Shown here piece by piece: positions 1 through 10,237 of a stretch of DNA of 39,498 bases. Position numbers and translations under genes: made by a program. The stretch is taken from positions 1-39,498 of the forward strand of contig JBFMCP010000030.1 of NCBI GenBank assembly GCA_040754455.1. The letters run 5' to 3'. The first letter of the stretch is position 1, and each line of letters starts with the position of its first letter. The notes beneath the pieces are model-generated. The model was not told the origin of the DNA and did no database searches. It was given only the letters and a program-made list of their open reading frames with translations. The stretch comes from Nitrospirota bacterium (GTDB lineage Bacteria; Nitrospirota; Thermodesulfovibrionia; Thermodesulfovibrionales; Dissulfurispiraceae).

Positions 1-1
1 G

Positions 2-1885
2 CCCGAAATCGTCCATTCCTGGCAGCGCTGCCGCGAACTGAATGTCAATCCCTACGCAAATGTTGATGACGATATACGAGGTCTAGAGCTTAAGGAGCGG
101 CTCCACTCCCTGCAGCACCTGCTCACCATCGCTCGTCCCTTTATGGATAACCTTTACAATTTTATACGGGGCTCGGGGTTTCAGGTAGTGCTTGCCGACG
201 AGCAGGGTTTACTGCTCGAGGTGATGGGCGACCCCGATATCATCATGATGACCCGCCAGGTGCAGCTCTGTCCAGGCGGCAACTGGAGCGAGGCAGTAAA
301 GGGAACCAACGCCATAGGTACCGCAATCGCCGAGCAGCGCCCTGTGCAGGTGCATGCCCACGAGCATTACTGCCAAGCCAACCACTTCCTCACTTGTTCG
401 GCAGCTCCGATCTTCGATCCTGACGGAAAGCTTATCGGCGTTCTCGATATCACCGGCAACTGCAATGTTGCCAATCCCCATACGCTCGGTATGGTCGTTG
501 CCGCGGTCAACGCAATAGAGAGCCAGCTGCGTCTGCAGAGGGCTACAACAAAAGTATACATGGCCTACAAATATTCGAGTTTTATGATGGAATCCATGTC
601 CGAAGGCCTTCTTTCCGTTGATAATGCCGGGATGATCGTCCAGATGAATGCAAAGGGCGGACGTATCCTTGGCGTAACTCCCAATGACGCGATCGGCAGG
701 CATATCAACGAGGTCATAAAAAAGCAGGCCCCGATACTGCAGGTACTCTCTACTGGGGCAGGATACCAGGACAAGGAGATAACGCTCGAAGCTTCGGGCA
801 GGCGCTTCTACAGTTCAGCTACCCCTCTGCGTGATGATTACGGAAACATCATTGGCGCCGTTGCCACACTTCGTGAACAGGTAGTGAGACCATCCTTAAA
901 AAGAAATCCCTTGCTTGCCGCACGATACGTTTTCGAGGATATCATCGGCGAGAGCGAGCCGATGATGACAGCAAAACAACTGGCACAAAGAGCAGCCCAG
1001 AGCGCCTCCACCGTGCTCCTCACCGGAGAGAGCGGCACCGGCAAGGAACTCTTTGCTCAGTCGATCCACAACGCAAGCAGCCGCAGGGCTGGCCCCTTCA
1101 TCGCGATTCACTGTGCTGCACTGCCGGAATCTCTTATCGAGAGCGAGCTCTTTGGCTACGAGGAGGGTGCATTCACTGGATCGAAGAGAGGCGGCCAGAT
1201 GGGGAAATTCGAGCAGGCCAGCGGAGGAACAATCTTTCTCGATGAAATCGGCGATATGCCGCTCAGTACCCAGGTAAAACTGCTGAGGGTGATCCAGGAG
1301 AAAAAGGTCTCGCGCATTGGTGCCGTCGGAGAAATTCCGATAGATATCAGGATTATTGCAGCTACCCATAAAGATCTGAAGGCGGAGGTAGAGAAGGGGA
1401 ATTTCAGGAAGGACCTCTATTACCGTTTGCATGTCATTACTATCGCTATCCCGGCGCTCAGGGACAGAAGAGGAGACCTTCCTCTCCTTACTGAACATTT
1501 TGTAAGGAATATCTCGGATAAGCTTTCCAGAAAAGGTATTTATTTCGACGATTCCTTTATAGAGCGGATCAAATCTTATGACTGGCCCGGAAATGTTCGT
1601 GAGCTCGAAAGCGCAGTTGAGCGGGCGATAAATCTGATCGATGATTACGGTGTTCTTACTTCGGCATTCCTTCCCTTCGAAAACGATCTATCTGTTGCTG
1701 TTCATGATAATGATGAAGGAACAGCGGTAAAATCACTGAAGACAATCGAAAAGGAAAGTATTATACAGGCTCTCGCAGCATGCAAAGGAAACATTTCTGC
1801 CGTCTCTGCTAAGCTCGGCATCGGGCGCAACACGCTTTACCGGAAAATTAAGGAATACGATATCATTCTCTCACTGTTCCATTAA
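2..1885 (+). CDS. Sigma54-dependent transcriptional activator, AcoR-like (GAF-PAS-AAA+-Fis HTH); 5' end lies outside the window
   Basis: Frame is open from base 2 (PEIVHSWQRC, typical AcoR N-terminus). GAF motif GTNAIGTA, PAS-like region, Walker A GESGTGKE, GAFTGS loop, FLDEIGD, WPGNVREL and C-terminal HTH (LGIGRNTLYRK). Confidence 0.93.
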   Translation, partial: PEIVHSWQRCRELNVNPYANVDDDIRGLELKERLHSLQHLLTIARPFMDNLYNFIRGSGFQVVLADEQGLLLEVMGDPDIIMMTRQVQLCPGGNWSEAVKGTNAIGTAIAEQRPVQVHAHEHYCQANHFLTCSAAPIFDPDGKLIGVLDITGNCNVANPHTLGMVVAAVNAIESQLRLQRATTKVYMAYKYSSFMMESMSEGLLSVDNAGMIVQMNAKGGRILGVTPNDAIGRHINEVIKKQAPILQVLSTGAGYQDKEITLEASGRRFYSSATPLRDDYGNIIGAVATLREQVVRPSLKRNPLLAARYVFEDIIGESEPMMTAKQLAQRAAQSASTVLLTGESGTGKELFAQSIHNASSRRAGPFIAIHCAALPESLIESELFGYEEGAFTGSKRGGQMGKFEQASGGTIFLDEIGDMPLSTQVKLLRVIQEKKVSRIGAVGEIPIDIRIIAATHKDLKAEVEKGNFRKDLYYRLHVITIAIPALRDRRGDLPLLTEHFVRNISDKLSRKGIYFDDSFIERIKSYDWPGNVRELESAVERAINLIDDYGVLTSAFLPFENDLSVAVHDNDEGTAVKSLKTIEKESIIQALAACKGNISAVSAKLGIGRNTLYRKIKEYDIILSLFH

Positions 1886-1934
1886 CGAACACTTATTCCA
1901 TAACAACACACCATAGCTGTATCATTATTGAACA
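1875..1934 (+). promoter_or_regulatory. Three 17-bp TGT-N11-ACA-type sites, putative enhancer (UAS) for the AcoR-like activator
   Basis: TGTTCCATTAACGAACA (1875-1891), TATTCCATAACAACACA (1894-1910), TGTATCATTATTGAACA (1918-1934). They lie 130-190 bp upstream of a sigma54 promoter. Confidence 0.65.
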
Positions 1935-2061
1935 CTCATTGTGCTTAGTTACTTTTTGTATTCCCTTTATTTTCTCATTAATGTTTTTAACTACCTGAAA
2001 ATAATCGTTTGCCCTTGACAACAGAGGGAAATAGTGATATCGATTTATATACAATCGTGCC

Positions 2062-2078
2062 CTGGTATGCATCTTGCT
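2062..2078 (+). promoter_or_regulatory. Sigma54 (-24/-12) promoter of the adh-aor operon
   Basis: CTGGTATGCATCTTGCT: GG at 2064-2065 and GC at 2076-2077 with exact 10-nt spacing, next to a sigma54 activator gene. Confidence 0.85.
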
Positions 2079-2140
2079 CTTCTCCTCTGGAATCAAAACG
2101 CCTTTTATAAGGCTTAAATACAGGTCAGGAGGAAACGAAC

Positions 2141-3307
2141 ATGGCAGTGGGAGAACAGGTATTTGGTTTTTTTATTCCTACCGTAACCCTCATGGGAATC
2201 GGTGCCCATAAGGAGCTCGGAAACAAAATCAAAACACTGGGAGCGAAGAAACCGCTTATCGTCACCGACAAGGGCATGACAAAGGCAGGGCTCACCGACA
2301 AAATCAAGGATATGATCAAGAAGGATACTGGCATCGATGCCGTTGTCTTCGATGAGACAGTACCGAACCCGACGGACAAGAATGTCCATGACGGTGTGGA
2401 CGTCTTCAAAAAAAACGGCTGCGACATGATAATCACCCTGGGCGGCGGCAGCCCCCATGATTGCGGCAAAGGCATTGGCATTGTCGCTACCAACGGCGGC
2501 AGCATCAAAGACTATGAGGGAATCGATAAGTCGACAAAACCTATGCCGCCCTTCATTGCAATCAACACCACCGCGGGTACCGCCAGCGAGATGACCCGCT
2601 TCTGCATTATTACTGACACCAGCAGAAAGGTGAAGATGGCTATTGTCGACTGGAGAGTAACGCCGACCGTGGCGATCAACGATCCTTTACTGATGGCCGG
2701 AATGCCGCCTTCGTTAACCGCAGCAACCGGAATGGACGCTCTGACCCATGCAGTAGAGGCTTATGTATCGACCATTGCGACACCGGTTACCGATGCCTGT
2801 GCGCTGAAAGCGATCGAGCTTATTTCAGAAAATCTCCGTGCAGCCGTCGCCAATGGTGGTGATTTGGTAGCCCGTGACAACATGGCTTACGCCGAGTATC
2901 TTGCCGGTATGGCCTTTAATAACGCCAGCCTCGGTCATGTCCATGCAATGGCGCACCAGCTCGGCGGGTTTTACGATCTGCCCCACGGCGTCTGCAACGC
3001 CATACTGCTTCCCCATGTCGAGCGCTTTAACTTGCTCGCCAAGATGGACCGTTTCGTGGATATTGCCGTTGTAATGGGTGAAGTAGTGGACGGGCTCTCG
3101 ACGCGTGAAGCAGCTGAGCTTGCCATTGATGCTATTCAGACACTCTCACAGGACGTAGGGATTCCGAGTGGCTTGAAAGAATTAGGGGTAAAAGAGCAGG
3201 ATCTGAAGATCATGGCTGAAAATGCCCAGAAGGATGCCTGCGGATTGACCAATCCGCGCTGTCCCTCGCTGGACGACGTTATCAATATATATAAAGCAGC
3301 ACTGTAA
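2141..3307 (+). CDS. adh: Iron-containing alcohol dehydrogenase
   Basis: GGGSPHD, NTTAGTASE, GMDALTHAVEAY and HAMAHQLGG...HGVCNA motifs; AGGAGG RBS. Confidence 0.95.
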   Translation: MAVGEQVFGFFIPTVTLMGIGAHKELGNKIKTLGAKKPLIVTDKGMTKAGLTDKIKDMIKKDTGIDAVVFDETVPNPTDKNVHDGVDVFKKNGCDMIITLGGGSPHDCGKGIGIVATNGGSIKDYEGIDKSTKPMPPFIAINTTAGTASEMTRFCIITDTSRKVKMAIVDWRVTPTVAINDPLLMAGMPPSLTAATGMDALTHAVEAYVSTIATPVTDACALKAIELISENLRAAVANGGDLVARDNMAYAEYLAGMAFNNASLGHVHAMAHQLGGFYDLPHGVCNAILLPHVERFNLLAKMDRFVDIAVVMGEVVDGLSTREAAELAIDAIQTLSQDVGIPSGLKELGVKEQDLKIMAENAQKDACGLTNPRCPSLDDVINIYKAAL

Positions 3308-3321
3308 GGTAACGTAGACAG

Positions 3322-3362
3322 GAAGAATCCGTCCGAAGAGAAAATCAGTGGACGGATTCTTC
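3322..3362 (+). other. Intergenic stem-loop between adh and aor (mRNA stabiliser or partial terminator)
   Basis: GAAGAATCCGTCC (3322-3334) pairs with GGACGGATTCTTC (3350-3362), followed by TGTTTG. Confidence 0.6.
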
Positions 3363-3398
3363 TGTTTGTACAAATGGAGCAAATTCCTGGAGGATCGT

Positions 3399-5135
3399 AT
3401 GGATACCATTCTCAGAATCGATATGGGCGTTGCAGGCGGACCGAAGGCGACTGCTGTTCCCGTGGGAGACTACGCAGGACTCGCGGGAAGGGCACTGACT
3501 TCTGCAATTATTTCGAATGAAGTACCGCCGCTCTGTCATCCGCTGGGCGCTGAAAACAAGCTGGTCATTGCCCCCGGCATGCTCAGCGGCACCATAGCGG
3601 CAATGTCGGGGAGACTCTCTATCGGCTGCAAGAGCCCGCTCACCGGCGGCATAAAAGAGGCCAATGCCGGCGGACAAGCAGCGCAGGTGCTGGCGCGGCT
3701 GGGGTATGCCGCTATTGTGCTCGAAGGCAAGCCGGATGGAGATGACCTCTACAGGATATTCATCAACAAGGACGGCGTCAAGATCATTAAAGATAACAAT
3801 CTCAAGATGCTCCCCAATTACGATCTCATCGACAAAATGAAGGGAGAGTACGGCGAAAAGATCGCCTGCATCTCCATCGGACCTGCAGGCGAGATGAAGA
3901 TGGGCGCTGCTTCTATTGCCTGTACTGATATGGAGCTCCGTCCCACACGCCATGCAGGACGCGGCGGTGTGGGAGCGGTCATGGGCTCAAAAAAGGTGAA
4001 GGTGATTATCCTCGACGATACTGGTATGAAGATGCGCCCGCCGAAGGACCCCGAGAAATTCCGGGACGCCAACAAGCGCTTCGTTGAGGGACTTCAAAAG
4101 CACGCAGTGACCGGCCAGGGACTTCCTGCCTACGGCACGAATGTCCTGACCAATATTCTTAACGAAGTGGGAGGTTATCCTACCTATAATTTCAAACAGG
4201 GACGTTTTGAAGGCGCAGCAAAGATTAGCGGCGAAACACAGGCTGAGCTCGAAATAAAGCGTGGCGGTCTAACCACCCATGGATGCCATAGGGGCTGCGT
4301 CATTCGCTGCTCCGGCACCTACCATGATAAGGACGGCCACTATCTTACCAAGCAGCCGGAATACGAAACTGTCTGGGCACACGGCGGGAACTGCGGCATT
4401 TGCGATCTTGATGCCATTGCAAAGCTCGACTTCCTCGACGACAATTACGGCCTCGATACCATAGAGATGGGAGCGACCATCGGCGTTGCCATGGAAGCAG
4501 GGTTGGCGAAATTCGGCGATGCGGAAGCGGCCATCAATCTGATACATGAAGTAGGCAAAGGCACCCATCTGGGACGTATTCTCGGAAACGGCGCTGCCTT
4601 TACCGGAAAGGCCTTCGGCGTCGAGAGAGTTCCTGTGGTGAAAGGACAGGCGCTGCCTGCCTATGACCCACGTGCGGTGCAGGGAGTAGGCGTTACCTAT
4701 GCAACCAGCCCGATGGGTGCTGACCACACTGCAGGCTATGCCGTAGCTCAGAATGTCCTCAAGGTGGGAGGAGATGTAGATCCGCTGAAGCCCGAAGGAC
4801 AGATCGAGCTCTCGAGGAATCTCCAGATTGCCACAGCTGCGATCGACTCCACCGGCATGTGCCTCTTCATCGCCTTTGCGCTGCTCGATCAGCCCGAGAT
4901 CTTCCAGGCCCTGCTCGATCTGCTCAATGCCTTTTACGGGCTCGATCTCACGGCAGACGGGGTTACCGAGATTGGGAAGAAGGTCCTCACGATGGAACGT
5001 GACTTTAATGCAAGGGCGGGCTTTACCAAAGAGCAGGACCGGCTTCCGCGGTTCTTCAAAACCGAGCCGGTATCGCCTCACAATGTTACATTTACCGTAA
5101 GTGACGAGGACCTGGACAAGGTCTTTAATTGGTAA
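3399..5135 (+). CDS. aor: Aldehyde:ferredoxin oxidoreductase (tungsten/molybdopterin AOR family)
   Basis: KSPLTGGIKEANAGG, AGRGGVGAVMGSKK, CxxxCxxxC, PEYET, GLDTI and VKGQALPAYDPR motifs. Start placed at ATG 3399, after GGAGG. Confidence 0.95.
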   Translation: MDTILRIDMGVAGGPKATAVPVGDYAGLAGRALTSAIISNEVPPLCHPLGAENKLVIAPGMLSGTIAAMSGRLSIGCKSPLTGGIKEANAGGQAAQVLARLGYAAIVLEGKPDGDDLYRIFINKDGVKIIKDNNLKMLPNYDLIDKMKGEYGEKIACISIGPAGEMKMGAASIACTDMELRPTRHAGRGGVGAVMGSKKVKVIILDDTGMKMRPPKDPEKFRDANKRFVEGLQKHAVTGQGLPAYGTNVLTNILNEVGGYPTYNFKQGRFEGAAKISGETQAELEIKRGGLTTHGCHRGCVIRCSGTYHDKDGHYLTKQPEYETVWAHGGNCGICDLDAIAKLDFLDDNYGLDTIEMGATIGVAMEAGLAKFGDAEAAINLIHEVGKGTHLGRILGNGAAFTGKAFGVERVPVVKGQALPAYDPRAVQGVGVTYATSPMGADHTAGYAVAQNVLKVGGDVDPLKPEGQIELSRNLQIATAAIDSTGMCLFIAFALLDQPEIFQALLDLLNAFYGLDLTADGVTEIGKKVLTMERDFNARAGFTKEQDRLPRFFKTEPVSPHNVTFTVSDEDLDKVFNW

Positions 5136-5406
5136 ACTATTAGGAGAATGGTTCATGACCGAGGGATCTAATAAGGGATATATTCATGTAAAGCTTTTCA
5201 ATCTGCTGATTCCAGAACTGGGACCATCGTTGCTCAGGAAAGGGATATTCGTGAAATCTTCAGACCTGTGCACTTTTTTTCCGGGCAACCCTATGATTTC
5301 TGGAAAGGCTGCAAGCAGCTCAGTCTGAATGGTAGCCCTATTGAACCGGGGTTGCTCTGCAAGAGCACACAGATTTTAGAGGGTAAATGGACAAATCTGG
5401 CTATTG

Positions 5407-5649
5407 CTATCGAATGTCAATAGATGAGCCGCCCGCGATAGGAGGGAAGAGGGCGATCTCGTCTCCCTGTTTGAGCGGCTGTTTGATGTCAGCGAATTTG
5501 CCGTTGACGATCTTGAGGAGAGGGAGTTTTTCGGGAAGATCAAGCTGTTTGATGACCTCTTCCAGGAGAGTGTTTTCGGGAATCTCTATCTCCTGGTATT
5601 CGGGGCCGTAGTTCCTCAGGGTGGCAAAAAGTTTGACAATAACTTTCAT
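5407..5649 (-). CDS. moaD: MoaD/ThiS-family sulfur carrier with a 6-aa extension after Gly-Gly
   Basis: MKVIVKLFATLR...LKQGDEIALFPPIAGG-SSIDIR; lies between aor and moeA. Confidence 0.88.
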   Translation of the reverse strand: MKVIVKLFATLRNYGPEYQEIEIPENTLLEEVIKQLDLPEKLPLLKIVNGKFADIKQPLKQGDEIALFPPIAGGSSIDIR

Positions 5650-5809
5650 GTTATTATTATAACCTTGACCGGCATATTTTTAGTGGGTAACGGCAAGGAT
5701 ATGCGCGGGAAGAGTCTTTGTAATGCGCACATTCCTGCCTTCACGTAGTGTATAAGCGAAGGCAACCACGAATCTGCTTGAATAAACAGTGAGATTGCTT
5801 TAAGATACA

Positions 5810-7741
5810 ATGATGAAACAGGTATTTCTCGATAGCCTCTCTCTCGATAAGGCGCTCGACACCCTTTTCAGGCACATCGATGAGATCGGCATACAGCGCA
5901 TGCCTACGGAGAAGATAAGGGTGGTCGATGCGCAGGGCAGGGTTTCTGCAGAGCCGGTCTTTGCGAAATACTCCTCTCCCTTCTACCACTCCGCTGCCAT
6001 GGACGGCTACGCCGTGCGCTTTACCGATACCTTCACCGCCACAGAGACGTCTCCCTCGAAATTGAAGCTCGGAGAGGATGCTGTCTACGTCGATACCGGC
6101 GATCCTCTTCCTGAGGGATTCAATGCCGTCATTATGATCGAAGACGTCAATCTGGTAGATGAGTATATTGAGATCTACCAATCCGTCGCTCCATATCAGC
6201 ATGTCAGGACCATCGGCGAGGACATTGTTGCAACGGAATTGATTATCCCTGAGAACCATACCATACGCGCAATGGATATCGGCGCCCTGCTCGCAAGCGG
6301 TCATCTCGAAATAGCGGTAAGAAAACGACCCGGAGTCGCTGTTATTCCTACTGGCACCGAGATCATTGAACCCGAACAGGTGCGCAACCGTCCGCCTCAG
6401 CCGCCGGAGATTATTGAATACAATTCCGCCGTGCTCTCAGGGCTTGCAAAGGACTTGGGATCTGAAGCGATCAGATGCCCCATTGTTAAAGATAATCTTG
6501 AAGAAATCAAAACAGCGCTCTGTACCGCAGCGGAAACCGCAGATGTGGTGATCATCAACGCCGGATCGGGGAGAGGCTCGGAAGACTACACCCTCACAGC
6601 GATCAAAGAGCTTGGAGAAGTAATTATCCACGGCGTCGCCATAAAGCCCGGCAAACCGGTTATCGTCGGTTTCATCAATAATAAACCGGTCTTCGGGATT
6701 CCCGGCTATCCTGTTTCAGCCTATCTGACCTTCCAGCTCTTTGTCCGTCCGGTCATTGCACGGCTTCTGGGTACCGCACTCGAAGAGTCCGAAAAAATAG
6801 ATGCGATCATCTCGCGTCAGCTCTCGTCATCGCTCGGTATTGATGAATTTGTGAGAGTGAAAGTGGGCGTTGTCGGCGACAAACATATCGCAACGCCGGT
6901 AGGGCGGGGTGCAGGTCTGCTCATGTCGCTCGTCCGCTCTGACGGCATCGTGAAAATCCCTGCCGGATCAGAGGGAGTGAGCGCAGGAACTAAAGTGGAA
7001 GTTGAACTATTGAGGAAGAAGGATGAGATTAACAACACCATCGTCTGCATCGGCAGCCACGATAATGCACTGGACATCCTGGCGAACATTATTAAAAAGA
7101 ACTATCCCCGGTTCTCTCTCTCCTCTGCCCATGTTGGCTCAATGGGCGGATTAATGGCCCTCAAAAAAGGCGAAGCCCATTTGGCCGGGACACACCTGCT
7201 CGATGAGCAGACAGGTGAGTACAATGTGTCCTTTATAAAGAGATTTTTCCCGCGCGAAAAGATCGTCCTCGTCAATCTCGTCTACCGTCAGCAAGGCTTC
7301 CTGGTAAAAAAAGGCAACCCGAAAAACATTACGCGCTTTGAGGACCTTTTGCGCGAAGATGTGATGTTCATCAACCGGCAATCAGGCTCAGGCACCAGGC
7401 TGCTGCTGGACAAGCATCTCAAAGAGCTCGGCATCAACCCTTATATGATCAAGGGCTATGAGAGGGAAGAATACACCCATATGGCAGTCGCCTCCGCAGT
7501 GCTCACCGGCCTCGCCGATACCGGCCTTGCCATTTACTCCTCTGCCAAAGCGCTCGACCTCGATTTCATACCCGTAGCAAACGAGCGCTATGATCTGGCA
7601 ATACCCAGAGACTTTATCGATACCACGATGATACAGATCGTTCTTGATATAATAAGAAACAACGAGGAATTCAGAAGCATCGTCGAATCCCTCGGTGGAT
7701 ATGATACGCGGGATATAGGGAAAGTAGTCTTTGAGAAATAA
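5810..7741 (+). CDS. moeA: Molybdopterin biosynthesis protein MoeA fused to a C-terminal PBP (molybdate/tungstate-binding-like) domain
   Basis: SAAMDGYAV, HGVAIKPGKP and GIPGYPVS motifs; C-terminal GSHD, VGSMGGL and INRQSGSGTR. Start may be ATG 5813. Confidence 0.93.
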   Translation: MMKQVFLDSLSLDKALDTLFRHIDEIGIQRMPTEKIRVVDAQGRVSAEPVFAKYSSPFYHSAAMDGYAVRFTDTFTATETSPSKLKLGEDAVYVDTGDPLPEGFNAVIMIEDVNLVDEYIEIYQSVAPYQHVRTIGEDIVATELIIPENHTIRAMDIGALLASGHLEIAVRKRPGVAVIPTGTEIIEPEQVRNRPPQPPEIIEYNSAVLSGLAKDLGSEAIRCPIVKDNLEEIKTALCTAAETADVVIINAGSGRGSEDYTLTAIKELGEVIIHGVAIKPGKPVIVGFINNKPVFGIPGYPVSAYLTFQLFVRPVIARLLGTALEESEKIDAIISRQLSSSLGIDEFVRVKVGVVGDKHIATPVGRGAGLLMSLVRSDGIVKIPAGSEGVSAGTKVEVELLRKKDEINNTIVCIGSHDNALDILANIIKKNYPRFSLSSAHVGSMGGLMALKKGEAHLAGTHLLDEQTGEYNVSFIKRFFPREKIVLVNLVYRQQGFLVKKGNPKNITRFEDLLREDVMFINRQSGSGTRLLLDKHLKELGINPYMIKGYEREEYTHMAVASAVLTGLADTGLAIYSSAKALDLDFIPVANERYDLAIPRDFIDTTMIQIVLDIIRNNEEFRSIVESLGGYDTRDIGKVVFEK

Positions 7742-7903
7742 TAGAAGATCCCCTCCCTCGTACTACTGTCCCGGAAAATCCCTTTCCCGCCCAATCGAAA
7801 AAACTGAAAGATTCCGAATCAAGCTATCGCTTGCGCGTCGGAGATTACGGTCAACACATCCTTCCTCTTGAGCAAATGACCTGTCGATTTCTCCCCATTT
7901 TTA

Positions 7904-8701
7904 TTACTTCCTGTAATACTTCAATGCCTCTGGCATCATCTTCTCGATATTCCTGATTCTGGTTTTGTCCGCAGGGTGGGTGCTCAGAAATTCGGGAGGC
8001 GAAACGCCTTTTTGCGCCACAGACATTCGCTGCCAGAAGTCGACTGCCTCTCCGGGATCGTACCCGGCCATGGCCATGAAGATGAGCCCGATCCGGTCCG
8101 CCTCCGATTCCTGTATTCTGCTGTAAGGGAGCAGTACACCTATCTGGGTGCCAAGACCGAAGGCGGTCATGAACAGTTCTTGCGTTTCCTTGGGCCTTTG
8201 TGAGAGCGCTGTACTCAACGTCATCCCTCCCATCTGTGCCACGAGCCCCTGGCTCAAGCGCTCCTCTCCGTGCTCGGCAACAGCATGGGCAATCTCATGT
8301 CCCATGACCACCGCCAGTCCGGTCTCATCCTTTGTTACCGGGAGGATTCCTGCATAGACGACTGTCTTACCACCCGGCATGGCCCAGGCATTCATACTCT
8401 TATCATCAATCAAGTTGAATTCCCATTGATACCCGCGCAGTCGATCAGATAGCCCCTGCTGTGCGAAATAGCGTTCAACCGCGCTCTGTATCCTCGATCC
8501 GACTCTCTTCACCATCTGCGCGTCAGGAGTTCCCTTAATAACTCTGTGCTTTGCGAGGAATTCGTTGTACGAGCCCTCACTCATAGAAAGCACCGTCTCT
8601 GAAGGAACCAGGCTTAACTGCTGCCTTCCGGTGATCGGTACGGTCTGACAGGAATACAGGAATACGACGAGTACGATCAACAAGAGGGTCGCTCTTCTCA
8701 T
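7904..8701 (-). CDS. M48-family Zn metallopeptidase lipoprotein
   Basis: Lipobox LYSC, NAWAMPGG, HEIAH, YSRIQESEAD and FLSTHP. Confidence 0.92.
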   Translation of the reverse strand: MRRATLLLIVLVVFLYSCQTVPITGRQQLSLVPSETVLSMSEGSYNEFLAKHRVIKGTPDAQMVKRVGSRIQSAVERYFAQQGLSDRLRGYQWEFNLIDDKSMNAWAMPGGKTVVYAGILPVTKDETGLAVVMGHEIAHAVAEHGEERLSQGLVAQMGGMTLSTALSQRPKETQELFMTAFGLGTQIGVLLPYSRIQESEADRIGLIFMAMAGYDPGEAVDFWQRMSVAQKGVSPPEFLSTHPADKTRIRNIEKMMPEALKYYRK

Positions 8702-8916
8702 ATTTCTCTCCTCACGATCTGCTAAGGTGTATACAAAAAAAGTGCCTGCTCCGGGGAAACAGGATCATTGTTCCTTAATAAAATAGTAGCACCAAAAGTG
8801 TGAAATACAAAGGATGCTTTGAGAGAATCTTTACTTGAAGGGGTGCTGAATAGTTTATAATAGAACTCCTTTATCCATAAGCTTATTTATGAAAAAATTG
8901 CGGAAATAGGGCGGCT

Positions 8917-10176
8917 ATGGAAACTGCGGGCAATACTGCTTCGAGACTTCCCTTTCACTACGGCTGGATCATTGTCGGCTCAGGCACCCTCTGCATTATA
9001 GCCGCCCTCGGCTTCGGACGTTTCACGCTCGGCATGCTTCTCCCCTCTATGGGAGCAACCCTTCATCTCTCTTATGCACAGATGGGGCTTATCAGCACCG
9101 GCAATTTCCTGGGATATCTCATATCCGTACTTATGAGCGGCTCTTTGACGACACGCCTCGGTGCGCGGAAGCTCATCTTTTCAGGGCTCCTTCTCGTCGG
9201 TTTTTCGATGCTGCTGATAAGCTATTCAGAGAGCTTCGCTGTAGTGTTGCTGCTCTATCTCCTGACCGGGTTTGGAAGCGGAGCAGCAAATGTTCCTACC
9301 ATGGGACTCGTCTCAACCTGGTTTGCCAAGCAGAAGAGGGGAAGGGCGGCGGGCTTCATATCCATAGGGAGTGGATTTGCGATCATCTTTTCAGGAAAGG
9401 TCATTCCTTATATAAATAATCTCAAGGGCACTGTGGGATGGAGGACAAGCTGGCTGCTCCTCGGGATACTGGTGCTGCTCATTGCTCTGGTGATACTATC
9501 GTTAATAAGAAATAGGCCTGAAGAGAAAGGACTCAAGGCAGCAGGGAGCGAATATTCCGTACCGGAGCACCATGTGAGTAGTGAGGATCTGAAACCGGTC
9601 CTCTACAAAAAGAAGCTCCTCTATCATCTGGGCGCGCTCTATTTCCTGTTCGGGTATACGTATGCAATCTATGTGACGTTCATCGTAACAACCCTGGTAA
9701 AGGAACACGGATTTTCTGAGTCGGTTGCCGGAAATTTCTGGTCATGGGTAGGTTTTCTGAGTCTCTTTTCAGGGCCGGTCTTCGGTTCGCTTTCTGATAA
9801 ACTCGGCAGAAAAACGGGTCTTATGATTGTGTTCTCCTTCCAGATGCTCGCGTACCTGCTCGCTGCCACAAAACTGCCCGGCATATTTTTATATCTCTCC
9901 ATCTTTTTTTTCGGTATTGTGGCGTGGAGCATCCCTTCAATCATGGCAGCAGCGGTCGGCGATTACGTAGGGCCTGTCAATGCCGCTGCTGCGTTCGGCT
10001 TCATTACGTTTATTTTCGGCTTCGGACAGATATCGGGTCCTGCTGTCGCCGGCGTACTTGCTGAAGTGACAGGGAGCTTTTCGAGCAGCTTCTCTATGGC
10101 GGCATTTTTTGCAGCCGCTGCCGTTGTCGGCGCAGCCCTCTTGAAAAAGCCTTCTCCTGCTGCTCGTACCCATTGA
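8917..10176 (+). CDS. MFS transporter (YbfB/YjiJ-like)
   Basis: About 12 hydrophobic segments; motif A variants TTRLGARK and SDKLGRK. Confidence 0.9.
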   Translation: METAGNTASRLPFHYGWIIVGSGTLCIIAALGFGRFTLGMLLPSMGATLHLSYAQMGLISTGNFLGYLISVLMSGSLTTRLGARKLIFSGLLLVGFSMLLISYSESFAVVLLLYLLTGFGSGAANVPTMGLVSTWFAKQKRGRAAGFISIGSGFAIIFSGKVIPYINNLKGTVGWRTSWLLLGILVLLIALVILSLIRNRPEEKGLKAAGSEYSVPEHHVSSEDLKPVLYKKKLLYHLGALYFLFGYTYAIYVTFIVTTLVKEHGFSESVAGNFWSWVGFLSLFSGPVFGSLSDKLGRKTGLMIVFSFQMLAYLLAATKLPGIFLYLSIFFFGIVAWSIPSIMAAAVGDYVGPVNAAAAFGFITFIFGFGQISGPAVAGVLAEVTGSFSSSFSMAAFFAAAAVVGAALLKKPSPAARTH

Positions 10177-10237
10177 GGCGCACAAACCGGAAGCATCGCT
10201 TCTCTGTGCTATAATAAAAATTTGAGGATACCCTTCG

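Noticed and set aside
5136..5809. Moco/Wco riboswitch near aor, moaD and moeA
   Set aside because: Only short hairpins are visible, and both flanking genes look leaderless. It cannot be supported without a covariance-model search.
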